Origin: an uncultured Nitrospiraceae bacterium | GTDB taxonomy: Bacteria; Nitrospirota; Thermodesulfovibrionia; Thermodesulfovibrionales; Dissulfurispiraceae | Reading direction: 5' to 3' | Assembly: GCA_963727805.1 (NCBI GenBank) | Contig: CAVSHF010000003.1 | Location: forward strand, 1,280,001-1,344,000 | Length of the DNA: 64,000 nt | In this document: piece after piece, positions 19,200-29,293 of the stretch | How positions within the stretch are numbered: the stretch's first letter is position 1 | How the letters are laid out: each line of letters begins with the position of its first letter | Notes under the pieces: generated by a model | The model's database searches: none | Told to the model about the DNA's origin: nothing | The model's input: the letters and a program-made list of their open reading frames with translations, nothing else | Translations under genes and position numbers: made by a program

Positions 19200-20666
19200 T
19201 CATTCTGCCGCTATAGTTAAATAAATTGTCGAGCCTGCTCTAAATATGAGCAAAAGAATATCCTCACCGGACTGAATCTTCGATACTACCCTCTCATAAT
19301 CTTTCAAAGACCAAATCTTCTTTTTATTGATCTCAAGTATTACGTCATATTGACCCAATATGCTCGCGGCGGGACTACCTGATCCGACACCGGTGACGAT
19401 GACTCCCACCATGCGCTTAGGCATATTCAGTCTCTTTTTCATCTCCGGAGTAACATCTTCGACGTGAATGTCCCTCAGAAGATTGTCGTATGCTTTTGAC
19501 ATCTTCTGCAGAGAAACTGGGAGCTCGCCGATAGCACTATTTACCGTCTTCAGTTTCCCTTCACGCTGAATCTTTATTGCAACCATCTGGTGGGGTGAAG
19601 TGCCTGCAACCATATTCCTGAGTGCTGTTGGGTCGGGGACCTCTTTCCCGTCATATTCAATGATCACGTCTCCCCTTTGGATGCCAGCTTTCTCCGCAGG
19701 GCTGCCCTCAGTGACATCTCCGACGAGCGCACCCTTTTCTTCCTTTAGTCCAAACTGCTTTGCAATTTCAGAAGTCACTGGCTGAATCGACACGCCAAGC
19801 CATCCCCTGACAACTTTTCCACTCTTGATTAGACTGTTCATCACCACTTTAGCCAAATCGCTGGGTATGGCAAAGCCCACGCCCTGGTAACCACCCGAGG
19901 TACTAAATATAGCGGTATTGATTCCTATAAGTTCCCCGCGTATGTTCACCAAAGCCCCACCAGAGTTTCCGGGATTAATCGCTGCATCTGTCTGTATGAA
20001 ATCCTCGTAATCAGTGATGCCAACATTAGCCCTTCCGATAGCGCTTACTATTCCCGAAGTCACAGTCTGGCTCAAGCCGAAGGGGTTGCCGACCGCCAGT
20101 ACGGTCTCACCCACTTTCATTTTACTGGAGTCTCCTATTTTAATTACTGGCAGATTGTGAGCATCGATCCGAATGATTGCGAGGTCAGTCTTAGGGTCAG
20201 TTCCGATGACCTTGCCTTTGAACTCACGTTTGTCTGAGAGCCTGATCTTTATCTCATCAGCATCTTTTATGACATGATTATTGGTGAGAATATACCCGTT
20301 CTTTTCGACGATAACGCCAGAACCGAGACTAGACTGCTTAAACTCTCTAGGTTTTTGGAGCCCGTTGAACTCTTCGCCGAAGAATCGTCTAAAGAGAGGA
20401 TCATTGAAAAAGGGATGCTGTGTCCCTCGTGCTTGAATGGAGTAGGTGGACGATATATTGACAACCGTAGGTTTGACTACTGCAACTACTTCGGCCATAG
20501 CCTGATCCACTTTGGAGAGTACATCAATAGATTCCTTCGATATCGTCGGCTGTTCGGAAGTGGCCATAGAGCTCAGATTGAGACTTGTTGATATCCCAAG
20601 TCCAATGATAATGCCTGCAATGGCAAACATTCCTGCAATGAGTAGCAGCTTTTTTCTTACTACCAT
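19200..20666 (-). CDS. degP: Do/DegP-family periplasmic serine protease with two PDZ domains
   Basis: LTNNHV, TDLA, IQTDAAINPGNSGG, RGWLGV, N-terminal membrane anchor. RBS AAGGAG before ATG at 20666. Confidence 0.93.
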   Translation of the reverse strand: MVVRKKLLLIAGMFAIAGIIIGLGISTSLNLSSMATSEQPTISKESIDVLSKVDQAMAEVVAVVKPTVVNISSTYSIQARGTQHPFFNDPLFRRFFGEEFNGLQKPREFKQSSLGSGVIVEKNGYILTNNHVIKDADEIKIRLSDKREFKGKVIGTDPKTDLAIIRIDAHNLPVIKIGDSSKMKVGETVLAVGNPFGLSQTVTSGIVSAIGRANVGITDYEDFIQTDAAINPGNSGGALVNIRGELIGINTAIFSTSGGYQGVGFAIPSDLAKVVMNSLIKSGKVVRGWLGVSIQPVTSEIAKQFGLKEEKGALVGDVTEGSPAEKAGIQRGDVIIEYDGKEVPDPTALRNMVAGTSPHQMVAIKIQREGKLKTVNSAIGELPVSLQKMSKAYDNLLRDIHVEDVTPEMKKRLNMPKRMVGVIVTGVGSGSPAASILGQYDVILEINKKKIWSLKDYERVVSKIQSGEDILLLIFRAGSTIYLTIAAE

Positions 20667-20866
20667 TTTTGATCTCCTTACATTATTACGTATATCGTTT
20701 ACCCAAAGCAAATCGTTGATATTTTATCCAAATGAGGCAGAAGCCCGCTCCGTCACGGTTGCGCCATTTTTTGAACTGCAACAAGCTAATCCATCGCACA
20801 AAAGAAGGCCGAGCAAATCTCATACTTAGAGGATCATTAAATGCTCATATGTGTTTCATTCAGCAC

Positions 20867-21358
20867 TTACTCGATCATAACTGCAATTTTCTTGGGTTTA
20901 TCTCGATCTTTAGCCGACTTTGGAAGTGTCACTGTCAACACTCCTTTTTTGAGTTGGGCTGCAATCTTGTCTTTATCAACTTCGACAGGAAGAAGAATGG
21001 TGCGGCTAAACGAACCATAGGAACGTTCCATGCGGTAATAGGCCTTTCCCTCCTGTTCTTTCTCTGCCTTTTTTTCACCTCTGATTGTCAGTGTGTTGTT
21101 ATTAAGCAAGACTTCTATATCGTCGTCATCTATTCCGGGAAGCTCGGCACGAACCGTGATGTCCCTAACATTCTCCGTAACGTCAACCTTGGGACTGAAG
21201 ATACCTTGACGGTCTTCAACAGGCTCCATATGGACTCCGCCGAAATAATCATCAAACAGAGAATCGATTCTATGCCGCAGAAGGCTAAAAGAATTCTCAT
21301 CCTCGCTTTTCCCGGGGACACTATTCTTTCTAGATGTCACAAGGCTTTTGATAGCCAT
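20867..21358 (-). CDS. Hsp20/alpha-crystallin small heat-shock protein
   Basis: PKVDVTE, AELPGI, LTIRGEK, ERSYGSFSRTI, GVLTVTLPK. Confidence 0.93.
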   Translation of the reverse strand: MAIKSLVTSRKNSVPGKSEDENSFSLLRHRIDSLFDDYFGGVHMEPVEDRQGIFSPKVDVTENVRDITVRAELPGIDDDDIEVLLNNNTLTIRGEKKAEKEQEGKAYYRMERSYGSFSRTILLPVEVDKDKIAAQLKKGVLTVTLPKSAKDRDKPKKIAVMIE

Positions 21359-21389
21359 AGCAAATACCTCCATCTTCAGGATTTACTCC

Positions 21390-21824
21390 TCACTTTACCA
21401 GGTCAATGACTCCACCGTCGCCCTCAGCCATTACCTGAATTTTATTTGTTTTAGCCGTCTCTGCCTTGGGCAGAATGATTTTCAAAATGCCGTTCTTAAC
21501 TGTTGCATGAATTTTGTCCCTGTCAACCTCATCAGTCAGAGTAAAGACCCTTTGATAATCGCCGATTCCATATTCTGCTTTGGCAAGCCTAAAATTCTGC
21601 GGTATTTCTGCTTCAACTCTTCCATAAATGGTAAGGACATTTTTCTCCAACGTTATATCAACAGTATTTTCGTCCACGCCAGACATATCAGCGATAACAA
21701 CAATGTCATTTCTCTTTTCCAGAATATTTACATTTGGTGCGTACATCCTCCTATCACTTGTACGCTCGCCTTGCTCAGGTGTTTTAGCCTCCTGTTTCCG
21801 CATCTCTTTTTTCGGCTCAGTCAT
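21390..21824 (-). CDS. Hsp20/alpha-crystallin small heat-shock protein
   Basis: PNVNILE, LTIYG, EYGIGDYQRVF, NGILKIILPK. Confidence 0.9.
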   Translation of the reverse strand: MTEPKKEMRKQEAKTPEQGERTSDRRMYAPNVNILEKRNDIVVIADMSGVDENTVDITLEKNVLTIYGRVEAEIPQNFRLAKAEYGIGDYQRVFTLTDEVDRDKIHATVKNGILKIILPKAETAKTNKIQVMAEGDGGVIDLVK

Positions 21825-21845
21825 GATCAGTTCGCCCCCCTCGAA

Positions 21846-22277
21846 TTATTCCGACTTTATTGATATCTTCCTGGGTTTGTCAGCTTCTGCACGGGGTAGC
21901 GATATCGACAAAATTCCTTTTGCATATTTTGTTTCTACTTTCTTGACCTCTACAGGGAACGAAAGCTCAAGAGTCTTAGTGAACTGTCCCTGCCATCTTT
22001 CTCTTCGGTGATAGGATTCGCTTTCAATAAGCCCGTCCGGTTGACGAGACCCACGCAGCGTGAGCGCATCGTTGATGACAGAAATATCTATGGCCTTAGG
22101 ATCTATCCCAGGTAATTCTGTCGTTACCAGTGCAAGATCGGCCGCAATCCAAACATTCACTGCAGGGAATTCGGCAGTTTGCGGGGTCACATGCCCTAAT
22201 GCAAACCGATTCGTACGCTCAAACTCAAGCCATGGATCAAGCCATCTGCCGAACCTATCCAAATCGTACCATAACAT
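21846..22277 (-). CDS. Hsp20/alpha-crystallin small heat-shock protein
   Basis: FPAVNVW, ELPGID, RRERWQGQF, GILSISLPR. RBS GGAGGT. Confidence 0.92.
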   Translation of the reverse strand: MLWYDLDRFGRWLDPWLEFERTNRFALGHVTPQTAEFPAVNVWIAADLALVTTELPGIDPKAIDISVINDALTLRGSRQPDGLIESESYHRRERWQGQFTKTLELSFPVEVKKVETKYAKGILSISLPRAEADKPRKISIKSE

Positions 22278-22303
22278 ATGCGTTACCTCCTGTTTACCAA
22301 CAA

Positions 22304-22330
22304 TTAGCACTCGCGAGCCTAGAGTGCTAA
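22304..22330. promoter_or_regulatory. CIRCE element (HrcA operator)
   Basis: Perfect TTAGCACTC-N9-GAGTGCTAA just upstream of the hsp20 cluster. TTGACA on the minus strand at 22358-22363. Confidence 0.97.
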
Positions 22331-22740
22331 TTGTTATTTAACAAAAAATTAAGAGTTTGTCAAGATCATTTAATTCATTTATTATTCAATAGGTTAATGC
22401 ATTGAGAAATGAAATAATTGTTTGAAAGATATTCTATTTTATCATCTTCATCAGGCAATCCGACGATATAAATCCGAATTATTGGGTCTTATCTTAAAAT
22501 AGAATTACTCCATTTTCCCAGTGGTAAGACTGATATGGATTTAACTTCAAACACATACAAGCCTATCAACGGCTTTACTAAGGTATTCGCGACGGGCTCG
22601 CAGGGCGAAATGTGAAAATTTTAGAAGTTCTATAAGCAACCGTGAACAGGGAATACGTTTAGCTTTTATTTTCTGCTACAATGGATTAAGAGAAGACATT
22701 TTTTGACGGATACCAAAAATAATTTTTGAGGAGGAACAGT

Positions 22741-23856
22741 ATGGCCACTTTATTTGATCCTACAGAGATCAATGGTATGAATCTTCAAAATCGCCTTATC
22801 CGCTCAGCCACTTGGGAAGGGATGTGCGACGCCGAAGGCCGTCCCACGAGCAAATTGATCAATTATTACCAAACCCTTGCCAAGGGTAGGATTGGTCTGA
22901 TTATAAGCGGGTATACCTTTATCAGGAAGGAGGGCAAGCAACTTCCCAGTCAAATGGGCCTCTATACTGAAGATTTTGCCCCTGAAATGAAAGCCCTTGC
23001 CAAGGCGGTGCATGATGAAGGCGGGAAAATCTGCATCCAGTTGGTTCATGCAGGCGGGCAGACAGACTCGGCCACAGCTGGCCGTCGCCCCCTTGCACCA
23101 TCCTCAGTGAGAATAGCACAGTTTCCTGAAGTCCCTCGGAAGCTGTCTAAAGAAGATATAGTTGAAATTGTAGTCGCGTTTGGTGATGCTGCCAGACGGG
23201 CACAAGCCTTTGGCTTTGACGCTATCCAGCTTCACGGAGCACACGGCTATTTGATCAACCAGTTCCTCTCTCCCCTAACCAACAGACGCACAGACTCATA
23301 CGGCGGTAGTATTGAAAACCGATGCCGTTTTCTCCTTGAAGTATACCGCATTGTACGTCAAACTGTAGGGAACGATTACCCAGTGATGATCAAACTCAAC
23401 GGTGCCGATTTCGTAGACGGCGGCCTATCTGTTGAAGATGCGGTATTTGCTGCCAACATCCTTGATCGCGAAGGGATAGATGCCATTGAGGTAAGCGGAG
23501 GCACCTCAGCCTCAGGCAATAAAACCCCTGTGCGAACAAAAATTAAGCACCCTACACAGGAGGCATACAATCTGGAACAGGCCAAAAAGATCAAAGTCGC
23601 GGTTAGCTGTCCTGTGGTCGTGGTTGGCGGTTACAGAAGCTTCGAGGTGGCTGATCAATCCATTCGGAAGGAACGGATGGATTACATTGCCATGGCGCGG
23701 CCTTTCATCAGAGAGCCCAATTTAGTTCAGCGGTGGCAGCAGGGCGACACCTCGGTGGCCAAATGCATTTCTTGCAACGGCTGCTTTAAACCTGGTCTGA
23801 AAGAAGGTGGCATTTACTGCGTGGTAGATGCAAAAGAAAAATTAAAAAAGAGATAG
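22741..23856 (+). CDS. NADH:flavin oxidoreductase (Old Yellow Enzyme family)
   Basis: NRLIRSAT, QLVHAG, QLHGAHGYLINQFLSP, YGGSIENR, C-terminal CISCNGC. Confidence 0.9.
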   Translation: MATLFDPTEINGMNLQNRLIRSATWEGMCDAEGRPTSKLINYYQTLAKGRIGLIISGYTFIRKEGKQLPSQMGLYTEDFAPEMKALAKAVHDEGGKICIQLVHAGGQTDSATAGRRPLAPSSVRIAQFPEVPRKLSKEDIVEIVVAFGDAARRAQAFGFDAIQLHGAHGYLINQFLSPLTNRRTDSYGGSIENRCRFLLEVYRIVRQTVGNDYPVMIKLNGADFVDGGLSVEDAVFAANILDREGIDAIEVSGGTSASGNKTPVRTKIKHPTQEAYNLEQAKKIKVAVSCPVVVVGGYRSFEVADQSIRKERMDYIAMARPFIREPNLVQRWQQGDTSVAKCISCNGCFKPGLKEGGIYCVVDAKEKLKKR

Positions 23857-23960
23857 TAAAATCGGTTAACCACATATTTACTGAGTCGTTGAGCTCATCC
23901 TGTGTTGTAATGCATGTCATTTTGACTGAATGTTAGTTACACCTATGCGAATAAAGGCGG

Positions 23961-25709
23961 TTAATAAGTAATTCCAGCGCTTTCCCCGAAGCTGTCAAGG
24001 ACCGGACCCGGAAATACCGGCTGAATACAAATACACGTACCTTCAAAATCATCACCAGTAGCCAGCTTCAGCGGCGTGTTTTTTTGTATGGCGTTGCTAC
24101 CATCCAACCAGGATTCAAAGCGCTCCTGATTTTGGATTACAACCTGATACGGGAAACACGCGAAGGCTTGATCAAGATGGAATTTAACCCCTTCGAAATC
24201 ATTGCGTGCCGCGGCAATGCAGGCATGTAAATTATGGACAAGCCCCGGCAGAAAATATCCCAGCTGCACTGCTCGCAACAGATGACGCTCCGCGGCATCC
24301 GGATTTCCCTCATGCAGATAAGCTCGGCACAAATCCACATGCAATAAATGCATTTCAGGGAGCCAGGCTGAAGCAGCCTGGCATTCTTCAACACCGTATT
24401 TCCAGATGTTCTGAATGCCTGGCATGGTACGGAGAGCTTTACGAATTCGTATTTCATCATCTTTGTGGCCGGCAAAACAGGTAAGACAAAAAAAATCTCT
24501 GGTGAAATATATTTCCGGCGAAACAAGTCCTTGCCTTTGAAAAATATCAAATTCTTCTGTTCCTGGATAAAGGTGGAGCTGCGAAAAGACGAATTGATTG
24601 GGGTTAGCCTTATTAATATAATCCAGACTCTGCTGGAATGTCTTTTGAGTCTCTCCCCGGTTCCCCACCATCATGTAATATCGGGTTTGAATGCCGTATT
24701 TTTTTGCCGTCCTGGTCACATCGAACAGCTTGTTCAACGAGAGCCTTTTTTTTATGTTTTTCAAAATGATATTTGAAGCAGATTCTACCCCCACGCTGAT
24801 CCTTATGCATCCGGACCGCCGCATCTCATACAGCAGCTCGTCATCCAAATAGTCTGCCCTTGTATCGCAGCTCCAGACAAATTCAAGTTGCCGTTTTCGA
24901 ATCCCCTCACAAATAGCCAGCACCCTGGGCTTGTTCGCCGTAAACGTATCATCTTTGAACGAGATAATCCTCTGACCATGCCGATTAACTGCGGTCTCCA
25001 GCATATCCAGTACATATGCCGCCGAGTGGAACCGTACTCGTTTTCCCCACATCAGACTGCTGCTGCAGAATGTGCACTGCATCGGACACCCGCGAGAAGT
25101 CAAAATAGTGCGCATGTTGAAATAGTCACATGGTGAAGCCAATACGTCCAGATCCCTAATCTGCTCTCGCGGCGGACCAAGTTGATAACCATGCGGACTT
25201 CGCCAGGCTGTTCCCGGAATCCCCCAGATAGGTTTGTCTTCCTCCAGGCATCGAATGATGTCCAGGAACGTTTGCTCGCCTTCGCCAACTATGACGGTAT
25301 CGATCGCCGGAATATGTCGAAGGGTTTCGATTGGCAATGCCGTGACATGAGGTCCGCCGACCACGATGTGGGACCTTGGGTGAACTTCATGGATCAACTG
25401 AGCCAACATCGCCACCCCGCGCCGATTTGCTGTCATGCATGAAAGCCCAAACAAGTCTGCATCAAGGCGACGAATGAGGATCTCGATAGCCGGCCAGGGG
25501 AAATTGGAAATATTAAATATCAGAACGCTCAGTCCATTCTTCAATGCTTGCGCCGCCAGCGAAAGCAGACCGTAAGGTGCCTGAATAAAATCACCTTCAT
25601 TCACAGCTGCAGCATCCACATTGTCCGGTGCACCTTCTCCGGAAGGATAGGCTGGATAGCCATCCAATGCAATTTTCCAGGGCGGTGCATATAACAGGAC
25701 AACTTTCAT
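23961..25709 (-). CDS. B12-binding-domain radical SAM protein with TPR-like C-terminus
   Basis: PYGLLSLA, VVGGPHVT, VGEGE, TSRGCPMQCTFC (CxxxCxxC), GVESA. Confidence 0.88.
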   Translation of the reverse strand: MKVVLLYAPPWKIALDGYPAYPSGEGAPDNVDAAAVNEGDFIQAPYGLLSLAAQALKNGLSVLIFNISNFPWPAIEILIRRLDADLFGLSCMTANRRGVAMLAQLIHEVHPRSHIVVGGPHVTALPIETLRHIPAIDTVIVGEGEQTFLDIIRCLEEDKPIWGIPGTAWRSPHGYQLGPPREQIRDLDVLASPCDYFNMRTILTSRGCPMQCTFCSSSLMWGKRVRFHSAAYVLDMLETAVNRHGQRIISFKDDTFTANKPRVLAICEGIRKRQLEFVWSCDTRADYLDDELLYEMRRSGCIRISVGVESASNIILKNIKKRLSLNKLFDVTRTAKKYGIQTRYYMMVGNRGETQKTFQQSLDYINKANPNQFVFSQLHLYPGTEEFDIFQRQGLVSPEIYFTRDFFCLTCFAGHKDDEIRIRKALRTMPGIQNIWKYGVEECQAASAWLPEMHLLHVDLCRAYLHEGNPDAAERHLLRAVQLGYFLPGLVHNLHACIAAARNDFEGVKFHLDQAFACFPYQVVIQNQERFESWLDGSNAIQKNTPLKLATGDDFEGTCICIQPVFPGPVLDSFGESAGITY

Positions 25710-25809
25710 GACTAGTTATTCAATTTTAATGCAAGCGAACCTGCTGGGAATCACAGTCAATTAACCTTTCATTGCGAGCGGCATCATTAGTGTGGTAGAA
25801 ACCCCTCAA

Positions 25810-25842
25810 CAAAAAAGCCCAGGCAGAACCAGGGCTTTTTTG
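25810..25842. terminator. Intrinsic terminator, potentially bidirectional
   Basis: CAAAAAAGCCC...GGGCTTTTTTG, directly downstream of the minus-strand lipoprotein gene. Confidence 0.8.
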
Positions 25843-25857
25843 CAGGCTAAAATAATA

Positions 25858-26346
25858 CTATCTCTGAGATGCAGGCGCTGCCGGCGGAGTTGGACAGGGA
25901 CCAAGATACTTGCCCTTCATAGTCATCTTCATCGTCATCTCCTTGCCTTCCACCTTCATGACCGATTCCATGAGACCATCATAACTGGTACCAGCGTAAG
26001 TAATGGTTCCCTTGCTCGTTGCGTTCGGACAGACAATCGTCCACGTAACGGTATTGCCAACTGTCGTCATGTCCTGCATTTTGCAGCCTGACTCTTCCTT
26101 GACCTTTGCAATCGGCTCTCTCTGCGTAAGGCACGTGGTCATGATATGGGGCTTTGCCATGCTGGCCGGCATACCAGGCATTTCATTGGTTACGGTAACC
26201 TCCCACTGCCCTTCCTGCATATTTACCTTAGGCTGGGCAGGCGCAGGTGCCCGAGCACCGTCTTTTGGTTTCTCACCGCAGGCAGTCAGTGAAAGAGCAA
26301 AAAAAAGCATCAACACCAACAAAAAAAGTCTCATAAAAGGTTTCAT
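25858..26346 (-). CDS. DUF3617-like lipoprotein
   Basis: Lipobox LTAC, GQWEVT, TTCLT, GCKM, C-terminal GKYLGPC. Confidence 0.75.
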   Translation of the reverse strand: MKPFMRLFLLVLMLFFALSLTACGEKPKDGARAPAPAQPKVNMQEGQWEVTVTNEMPGMPASMAKPHIMTTCLTQREPIAKVKEESGCKMQDMTTVGNTVTWTIVCPNATSKGTITYAGTSYDGLMESVMKVEGKEMTMKMTMKGKYLGPCPTPPAAPASQR

Positions 26347-27334
26347 CCTGTTCCCCTTCCTTGCCGATCTTGCACCGGCGCTTAAGATGACTGATAGGAA
26401 TTTGCTTTTTCAGTATGAAAGAAGAATAACACGAGAAAAGGAAATTATCAATATGAAGTGCAGGAAATTTATACGGAATATTTTTCGAACACTTCAATTC
26501 GGAGCAATTTTTGATGCATGCACAGAAAGTCCCATTTCGATCATAGTGATGTCCCGCCTCGCATCCTGCTTTTGTTGAGATAGATTGCCGCATCGCGTGC
26601 CTTTGACAACTTACGTAGCACCACCATAAAAAAACTTGCTGCCGGGGTCTTATATATTTGACGATCAGTCTGTTGAGATTGCTGATGTCTTTCTTTATCT
26701 TATTCGTCTTGGCCTCCTGGAGATACCTCATCCATCCACTTAGGACAATACTCTTGAGAATCTCATCGAGGCAATAGAGCGCCATATAAAAATAATTTTT
26801 TCTGTCCGCTATATGGTTCATCATGAAACCCTCAGCGAGGTAGGAAGGATGGACAAGGTACTATTCCGATCTCTCTAGGTACGTGCGACTTCGGATCTGC
26901 TTTACCCGTCAGCGGTGCGTTAGACCTCCATTTATAGATAAGAAGTGAGCATGCTGATATTATTATGTCTTCCCGCTTGAGCCCTTCCGGAACAATTTAC
27001 TTATCAGTCGTTCTGGTTCTATCTTCTGCAGTCTTTTGTCATCAATGATAGACCTAGTCTGTGAACGTTAAGTAATATTCAATTAAGTTATCCATTTTCT
27101 TTTTATCTTATGTGTGTATTCTGTCAACACTCATGTTATATTAAATAAATTACATAAGGCTTTCAGAGAACTCAGCTGACCCATTCTGGACTGCGCTTTT
27201 CGCGTATCTTCAAAGCTCTTTTTTGATAATCTCTGAATTTACAGCATATTATACTATGAACCACCGGTTCTTTTTATCTGGTACATTTATTGGTTAAATT
27301 AAGTGATTTTGAGCCAATTTCAAGGAGGAACTTC

Positions 27335-28600
27335 ATGAAGCGCGTTTGGATATCACTTGTAATTGCACTGAGTGCGACGATTTTTATGATGTGGCAGGGC
27401 GGTGCCTTCGCCGAGAAACCGAAGGACATGGCACAGGCTGAGACAAAGGTTGAGCAAAAATCTGATGCAACGCCTAATGCTGCAGTATCGCCGACCATCT
27501 TGATCGACAAGACTTCGCTCAGTAATGGCGGCACTATCACCGTTACCGGTACCGCTCCCGCGGGGAAACCGGTCTATATCGAAGTATGGTCTGACGACAA
27601 TGTGCGCGTCTCACGTTTCGATGCAGATGTGGACAAGGAGACCGGCAAGAGACCATATATCCTGTACATGACCGAACAAATGCCAGCCTACTATAAGATA
27701 TTTATGCCGACAGACAAGAAGGAGGCACTGGACGGGATCAAAAAAGAGGGGAAGAACTGGAGCGTCTCAAAGGCGGTTAAAGACCTCAGTGCGGACATCG
27801 CGTACTCGATACCCGCAAAGATCAAGATAGAACGTTACCAGGCGACGCTGATGGGCAGCATCATCGGCTCACGCGGCGACCTACTTCCCCAGATGGATGA
27901 AAAAGAAAGCAGGAAGCGTTCAATGCAGCTCATCAAGGCTCGCTTCCGATCTCCGGACAAAGTGCTCAGCGCCGATGTCGAGGTCAATCCCGACGGTACC
28001 TACAAGGCGACGATCATGATCAGGGAAGGTCTGGCACCGGGTAACTATTCAATCGCAGCAGTCGTCGATAAAGGTGTGAAGAGCCAGCCGGTATCCTTTG
28101 AAAATAAGATCAGCTTTCCGAATATCTATCTGAGTAATGCTGGAACGAGCCTCAATCTTTTCTGGCCTTTCTTGCTCAGCCTCGCCATATCGATCTTCGG
28201 CGTTCTCATGGGTGCTGGAGGGGGCTTCATTCTGAACCCGCTCCTCGTATCTATTTGGCCGCTTCCGCATACTGTAGTTGCCGGTACTGTCATGCCGACG
28301 GTCCTCTTTTCTCAAGGCAGCGGCATCTACAATTATTCAAAGATAAAATTCATCAACTGGAAACTTGGCATCACGATCGGCCTCGGCATGCTCCTGGGCG
28401 GATTCATCGGCCCGAAGCTTACAGAGTTGATCACTCTCGATCAGTATAAATTCGTCTTTGGCTGGATCCTAGTCATTCTTGCGGGCCTAATGCTCTGGCA
28501 GACAACACCCAGCTATCTCAACAAGAACAAGAAGGAACAGGCCATACTGAAGGAATTCAGGAGACGGGCGGAAGAATCGATAAAAGCGAAAGGCAAATAA
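27335..28600 (+). CDS. TauE/SafE (TSUP) transporter N-terminal half, fused to a large exported domain
   Basis: Signal peptide (GAFA|EK), about 250 hydrophilic residues, then GVLMGAGGGFILNPLL and four or so TM helices. RBS AGGAGG. Confidence 0.85.
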   Translation: MKRVWISLVIALSATIFMMWQGGAFAEKPKDMAQAETKVEQKSDATPNAAVSPTILIDKTSLSNGGTITVTGTAPAGKPVYIEVWSDDNVRVSRFDADVDKETGKRPYILYMTEQMPAYYKIFMPTDKKEALDGIKKEGKNWSVSKAVKDLSADIAYSIPAKIKIERYQATLMGSIIGSRGDLLPQMDEKESRKRSMQLIKARFRSPDKVLSADVEVNPDGTYKATIMIREGLAPGNYSIAAVVDKGVKSQPVSFENKISFPNIYLSNAGTSLNLFWPFLLSLAISIFGVLMGAGGGFILNPLLVSIWPLPHTVVAGTVMPTVLFSQGSGIYNYSKIKFINWKLGITIGLGMLLGGFIGPKLTELITLDQYKFVFGWILVILAGLMLWQTTPSYLNKNKKEQAILKEFRRRAEESIKAKGK

Positions 28601-28611
28601 GGAGGATAATC

Positions 28612-29001
28612 ATGATAGTCGAATTCTGGGGACACGAATTTAAGGTTAATATCATTTTCGGAGTAATCGGAGGTTTCCTGATCGCCATTGTTTCATCTAT
28701 GTTCGGGTTCGGTGGCGGCCCCTTTATGACACCTCTCATGGCGGTAGGCCTTGGACTGCCGATGTATCTCGTCGTCGGAAGTTCGCTGCTCGCAATCTTC
28801 TTCAATACTTTGATGGGCACGATGCGTCATTACCAGTTCGGCAACTTCGACCTCGCCTTTTTTCTTATCATGTTTCCAGCCGCGATCCTCGGAGGATTCA
28901 TCGCGCCGCAGATTGCGAAACGAGTCAGCCCCATTGTGGTAAAGCGGGTTGCGGTCGCCGGACTGCTCATCCTTGCGTTGAACCTGCTTGGGCTTTACTA
29001 G
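28612..29001 (+). CDS. TauE/SafE (TSUP) transporter C-terminal half
   Basis: SSMFGFGGGPFMTP, VGSSLL, four TM helices. Confidence 0.85.
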   Translation: MIVEFWGHEFKVNIIFGVIGGFLIAIVSSMFGFGGGPFMTPLMAVGLGLPMYLVVGSSLLAIFFNTLMGTMRHYQFGNFDLAFFLIMFPAAILGGFIAPQIAKRVSPIVVKRVAVAGLLILALNLLGLY

Positions 29002-29022
29002 AGACCGATGTTGAAGGGGCGA

Positions 29023-29049
29023 GGAGCAGGGTCGAATAGTCCCTGCTCC
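29023..29049. other. GC-rich stem-loop between the transporter and oxidoreductase genes
   Basis: GGAGCAGGG-N9-CCCTGCTCC perfect 9-bp stem with no clear U-tract. Confidence 0.55.
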
Positions 29050-29293
29050 TTCAAGAGCAGCATGAGACAGAAGTGCCGGATCAAAAGCGCGATGAATCAG
29101 TCAGTCGTATTATGAGTTCACTCGTTAGGAATGAACATGAACCACAGGGGTAAGACTGTCGTGGATACTCACACGCCCGACTGAATACAAAGACATCGCG
29201 CTTTAGCTCACGTTTTTCTTCGTGACGACAAATTTATGTTAAGCTGAATTTAGAAAGGGTTTTACGAAAGCAAATAACTACAGAGGGACAGAT

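Noticed and set aside
26273..27060. 183-aa minus-strand ORF and upstream coding-like fragments
   Set aside because: Overlaps the lipoprotein start and has no recognisable motif. It may be gene debris but cannot be assigned.
27279..27294. Sigma54-like promoter TGGTAC-N5-TTGG upstream of tauE
   Set aside because: The -12 GC is not conserved, so it is too weak to call.
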